32,000 bases of DNA from Promethearchaeum syntrophicum (GTDB lineage Archaea > Asgardarchaeota > Lokiarchaeia > Sigyniarchaeales > Promethearchaeaceae). Under the pieces are notes generated by a model. It saw nothing but the letters and a program-made list of their open reading frames with translations. It was not told the DNA's origin and made no database searches. Made by a program: the position numbers and the translations under genes. Below, piece by piece: positions 28,362 through 32,000 of this stretch. Where the stretch lies: NCBI RefSeq assembly GCF_008000775.2, contig NZ_CP042905.2:2550001-2582000 (forward strand), in the 5' to 3' direction. Positions within the stretch are counted from its first letter, which is position 1. Each line of letters begins with the position of its first letter.

Positions 28362-28451
28362 TATTTGAAATCGATTGATAGAATGAAATTTCCAGTATTA
28401 CAATAAATAAATTAGAGTTCAATAAATTGAGAAAGGGGAAAGAGGATACAT

Positions 28452-28646
28452 TTGAAGACAAAAATTCGTGAATTACGTGAAAGTAAGAATATGTCTCAGA
28501 AAGAATTAGGTATACTTGTAGGGGTATCCCGCCAAACAATAAATTACATTGAAATGGGAAAAACATCACCAAAAATAACAGTTGCTCTGAAAATCGCGAA
28601 AATTTTTAACACTCCTGTTGAAAAAATCTTTGAATTAGAAGAATAA
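28452..28646 (+). CDS. Small XRE-family HTH regulator (YozG-like), 64 aa
   Basis: MKTKIRELRESKNMSQKELGILVGVSRQTINYIEMGKTSPKITVALKIAKIFNTPVEKIFELEE. Confidence 0.93.
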   Translation: MKTKIRELRESKNMSQKELGILVGVSRQTINYIEMGKTSPKITVALKIAKIFNTPVEKIFELEE

Positions 28647-28676
28647 GAAGAAACCATAAGAAATCTACAATCATAT

Positions 28677-28690
28677 GATCCATATGGATC
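28677..28690. promoter_or_regulatory. Perfect 14-bp palindrome GATCCATATGGATC, candidate operator
   Basis: Read directly; lies 31 bp after the HTH stop, in the intergenic region before the hydrolase gene; a second palindrome ATCATATGAT overlaps it at 28670-28679. Confidence 0.4.
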
Positions 28691-28820
28691 CCATAGGAAA
28701 AAGAGGACTCCCATAATATATATGATGAATATGGTAAATCTAAATAAGGTGAAAATGCATATTTTTTAATATATTGTTAATTTCAACTGAAACTTAAAGG
28801 AATAGTGATAAAAAGTAAAA

Positions 28821-30977
28821 ATGATGCCCAAACCAAGAACAACAATTAGAAATTATAGTCGGAAGAAAGAGAAATTAATTTTTTTCTTTATTCTTTTAAC
28901 TGTTTTTTCAAGTTCCTTAGTTTTTCTGAATGAAAAAGGCACTTCCGAAATCTTACCTGATGGGTCGGTTGACAATTTCAGAAAAAACAATATCTTTCCT
29001 TCTCAAGTCTCTAATGAAATACCCGATATCTCAAATTTAACCCAATTAGAGGATTTTTTGGATTATTACATACCTTTTCTATTAACTGAACTTGATACAA
29101 TGGGAGGTGTGATATCTGTAGTAAAAGATGATACTCTTTTAATTAGTAAAGGATACGGATATTCAGATATTGAGAAGGTTAAACCAGTTGAACCAAATTC
29201 AACTCAATTTCGAGTTGGTTCTGTTTCCAAACTTTTCACATGGACGGGAATAATGCAATTAGTTGAGCAAGATATTTTAGATTTAGATACCGACATAAAT
29301 GATTATTTGAAATCCTTTCAAGTCCCTGAAACATTCTCGGAACCAATCACATTAAAATATCTCTTAACGCATACTGCAGGTTTTGAAGAAACCTATTCTC
29401 CAATAATTTCTGATATCGATCTTTATTCCACCTTAGAAGAAGAATTGAAAACTAAACTACCCCCTCGGATACGCCCACCGGGAATAATGACATCATATTC
29501 AAATTTTGGAACAGCCTTAGCAGGTTTTATTATTGAAGAGACCACTGGAATTAAATATGAAGAATTTATTGAAGAAAATATATTGAAAGTATTGGGTATG
29601 AATCGAAGTTCATTCTATCAACCTTTACCGCTAAATTTGACAGAAGATTCTGGTGTTCCTACTGGATTTTATTATGACAATAATCAATTTTACGAAGGAT
29701 TTTATGAATATATTAGTATCGTTCCTGCGGGCGGAATGAGTACTACCGCAAATGATATGGCAAATTTTATGATAGCAAATCTAAATAATGGGACCTTTAA
29801 ACAAAATCAAATTTTGCAAAATAATACAATTCAAGAAATGCAAAGCGAACAATTCACGACTCATCCCCAATTTCCAGGTATGTGTTATGGATTTTATGAA
29901 TTACCTCATGATTATCTTAGAATAATCGGCCATGGTGGTGACATGGTTTTCTATCACAGCTTAATGTCATTAATTCCTGAAGAAAATTTAGGAATCTTTA
30001 TTTCTTTTAACTCTTTGGATTCTGTCCCAGCTCCTTATGCTTTTCTAAATAATTTACTTAACCGATTTTTTCCCCCCTCAGAAAAAGATCCTATCATTCC
30101 TCTTGATAACCACGAATTCCGGGTAAATTTATATACCGGAATTTATGAATTAACTCGTAGACCTTATTCAACTATTGATAAGATATTACATCGAACCTAT
30201 AGTGAAGATATTTATGAAATTACAGCGAATTCAAATGGAGAATTAAATGTTTTTGGTATTCCTTTTATTGAAATTGAACCTTTTCTTCTGCAAGATACAT
30301 CTGGATATGGTCTTTATTTAGCATTTATTGTTGATGAAGAGGGTAAAATTACTCATTTCTATATGAATGACTCTCCTGTGGTAGCCTTTGAAAAATTAGC
30401 TGATTATGATACAAATTCATTTCAGCTTGGTTTCTTTATTTTTATTTCTTCAATATTTGGATTGAGTATTATTTATTGGTTAAGTAAAGGAATTTTTGAA
30501 CTAATCAAAGAGCGAAAGGAGCGAAAAGAACAAAAATCAAGAGATATAACAAAAGAAACGATTAATCAAAAAAACACATCAAAATCTGATGTTCAGATAT
30601 CTAATGTATTCAAAGAGAAAAATAAACCAAAAATCACTTCCGGTCTTCCTTATTTATTGGTTTTTGCAGAAATCCTCATTAATATAATCTTTGGATTGCT
30701 TTTATTTCCCAATTTGACGACGAGGTTTATTCCAGGATACGATTTTGAGACAAATATAAATAAAATCTTAATAATGCCAATTTTCTTCATAGTAATGGTA
30801 ATTGGGACAATTATTTATGCGGTTTTAGGGTGGTTTGAATTAACAGTTGATAAATCAAAACGAAAATGGTCCCATTGGGATCAAATTCATTATACAATAA
30901 TTGCGATAGCAGGCATTGGATGGATTTGGTTCCTCAATTACTGGAATCTTATAGGCTTATTCTCTGAAGGAATATAA
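28821..30977 (+). CDS. Serine hydrolase, class C beta-lactamase/penicillin-binding-like, with N-terminal TM and C-terminal membrane region
   Basis: SVSKLFTW (SxxK), YSNFG (YxN), IGHGGDMVFYHS (HxG-type), TM segments in the last ~200 aa. Confidence 0.92.
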   Translation: MMPKPRTTIRNYSRKKEKLIFFFILLTVFSSSLVFLNEKGTSEILPDGSVDNFRKNNIFPSQVSNEIPDISNLTQLEDFLDYYIPFLLTELDTMGGVISVVKDDTLLISKGYGYSDIEKVKPVEPNSTQFRVGSVSKLFTWTGIMQLVEQDILDLDTDINDYLKSFQVPETFSEPITLKYLLTHTAGFEETYSPIISDIDLYSTLEEELKTKLPPRIRPPGIMTSYSNFGTALAGFIIEETTGIKYEEFIEENILKVLGMNRSSFYQPLPLNLTEDSGVPTGFYYDNNQFYEGFYEYISIVPAGGMSTTANDMANFMIANLNNGTFKQNQILQNNTIQEMQSEQFTTHPQFPGMCYGFYELPHDYLRIIGHGGDMVFYHSLMSLIPEENLGIFISFNSLDSVPAPYAFLNNLLNRFFPPSEKDPIIPLDNHEFRVNLYTGIYELTRRPYSTIDKILHRTYSEDIYEITANSNGELNVFGIPFIEIEPFLLQDTSGYGLYLAFIVDEEGKITHFYMNDSPVVAFEKLADYDTNSFQLGFFIFISSIFGLSIIYWLSKGIFELIKERKERKEQKSRDITKETINQKNTSKSDVQISNVFKEKNKPKITSGLPYLLVFAEILINIIFGLLLFPNLTTRFIPGYDFETNINKILIMPIFFIVMVIGTIIYAVLGWFELTVDKSKRKWSHWDQIHYTIIAIAGIGWIWFLNYWNLIGLFSEGI

Positions 30978-31074
30978 AATAACCAGCTAAGAATTCTAGA
31001 CTAAATAAATTGAAATTTCATACGTAAACAATTTTTTTTTAAAAGTGTAAAAATAAACGGAAAGGAAAAAAATA

Positions 31075-31872
31075 ATGGAAAATAATGAATCTGTATTGGT
31101 AAATGTCGAATCATTATCAAAATCTTTTGAAAATGTGCAAGCTGTAGATAATCTCTCATTTCAAATTCGAAAAGGAGAAATTTATGGATTGTTAGGACCA
31201 AACGGGGCAGGAAAAACAACCACGATTAAATTAATTTTAGGTTTATTAGAGGCTGATGCTGGAGATATAACAGTTTTAGGTCTTAAACCAGAAAATGATG
31301 AGGTTGAAATTAAGAACCAGATTGGATATGTCTCTGAAGAACCATTAATTTACAAATCTTTGACACCGAAGGAATTATTTAATTTTATTGCTTCTATTCG
31401 TAAATTAGATGGTGCTAAAGTTACAATGAAGTTAGCTGAATATTTAGAAGGTTTGGGTGCAATTGAGTATTATGAACGCTTAATTTCTACTTTATCAAGA
31501 GGAAATAAACAAAAAGTACAAATAATTGCAGCAATTTTACATGATCCAGAAATTCTGATAATGGATGAACCTTTAGCAGGATTAGATGCCAAATCGGTTA
31601 AAGTTGTAAAAGAAATTGTAGATTTACATACTAAAAGAGGAGGATCTGTTCTGTTTTCCACACATATCATGGAAGTCGCTGAAGATATTTGTGATCGCAT
31701 CGGAATTATTAATGAAGGAAAATTAGTTGCAGAAGGTAATTTTGAAGAACTCCGCCAAAAAGCCAATGCTCTTGGAGAAAATGTCGATTTAGAAGACATA
31801 TTCCTAAAACTCACAGAACAAGACGAATCAATAAATGAAATTGTTGAAAAACTCCGAACCACAATGATATGA
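31075..31872 (+). CDS. ABC transporter ATP-binding protein
   Basis: GLLGPNGAGKTTTIK (Walker A), TLSRGNKQKVQI (signature-like), ILIMDEPLAGLD (Walker B), FSTHIMEVAE (H-loop). Confidence 0.97.
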   Translation: MENNESVLVNVESLSKSFENVQAVDNLSFQIRKGEIYGLLGPNGAGKTTTIKLILGLLEADAGDITVLGLKPENDEVEIKNQIGYVSEEPLIYKSLTPKELFNFIASIRKLDGAKVTMKLAEYLEGLGAIEYYERLISTLSRGNKQKVQIIAAILHDPEILIMDEPLAGLDAKSVKVVKEIVDLHTKRGGSVLFSTHIMEVAEDICDRIGIINEGKLVAEGNFEELRQKANALGENVDLEDIFLKLTEQDESINEIVEKLRTTMI

Positions 31873-31882
31873 GGTAAAATAA

Positions 31883-32000
31883 ATGAAAAGTAAAGAACTC
31901 TACAAAATATCGAATTATGTTTATAATGAATCTTTTTTACAATCGCATTTAGATATGTCGGGAGCGAATGTTTCTTCAGTCATGGAAAAAATGGAAAAGA
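31883..32000 (+). CDS. Start of next gene (partial), probably the ABC transporter partner
   Basis: Open frame from ATG at 31883 (MKSKELYKISNYVYNESFLQSHLDMSGANVSSVMEKMEK...) to the window end, 10 bp after the ATPase stop. Confidence 0.55.
   Translation, partial: MKSKELYKISNYVYNESFLQSHLDMSGANVSSVMEKMEK

Noticed and set aside
28677-28690. Palindrome as a transcription terminator or mobile-element end
   Set aside because: No loop or T-tract follows it and no second copy was seen in the window; an operator is the more economical reading.
31470-31862. 130-aa - strand ORF
   Set aside because: Antisense shadow of the well-supported ABC ATPase.
1-32000. CRISPR array, rRNA or tRNA genes
   Set aside because: No regularly spaced exact repeats, no rRNA-like GC-richer blocks and no convincing tRNA cloverleaf was recognised by eye; a tRNAscan run would be needed to exclude tRNAs fully.

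Overview
The window looks like ordinary chromosomal DNA from an archaeon, most likely Asgard/Lokiarchaeia-like. This is inferred from an actin-family protein, a Ras/Rab-type small GTPase and a vWA+RING-like+zinc-ribbon protein lying side by side at 6.07-9.40 kb. Lineage was not tested by any search. Other supported content: a partial ABC exporter (left edge), a TPR protein paired with an unknown ORF, an alpha/beta hydrolase, EamA/DMT and two MFS transporters, a 627-aa Asn/Gln-rich protein with a poly-Pro patch and a small conserved-looking C-terminal domain, an RdhA/QueG-like double 4Fe-4S protein, and a complete ~1.8 kb IS element with matching terminal inverted repeats. Also present: a thioredoxin reductase/thioredoxin-like pair, a tandem pair of LpxL/HtrB-like (LPLAT) proteins, a bPH2-HTH fusion followed by a solo HTH and a perfect 14-bp palindrome, a membrane serine beta-lactamase-like hydrolase, and an ABC ATPase with the start of the next gene at the right edge. 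No CRISPR array, rRNA or convincing tRNA was seen. The best leads are the divergent actin/GTPase//vWA-RING cluster, the N/Q-rich protein, the archaeal LpxL-like duplicates with an altered catalytic box, and the PH-HTH fusion locus.
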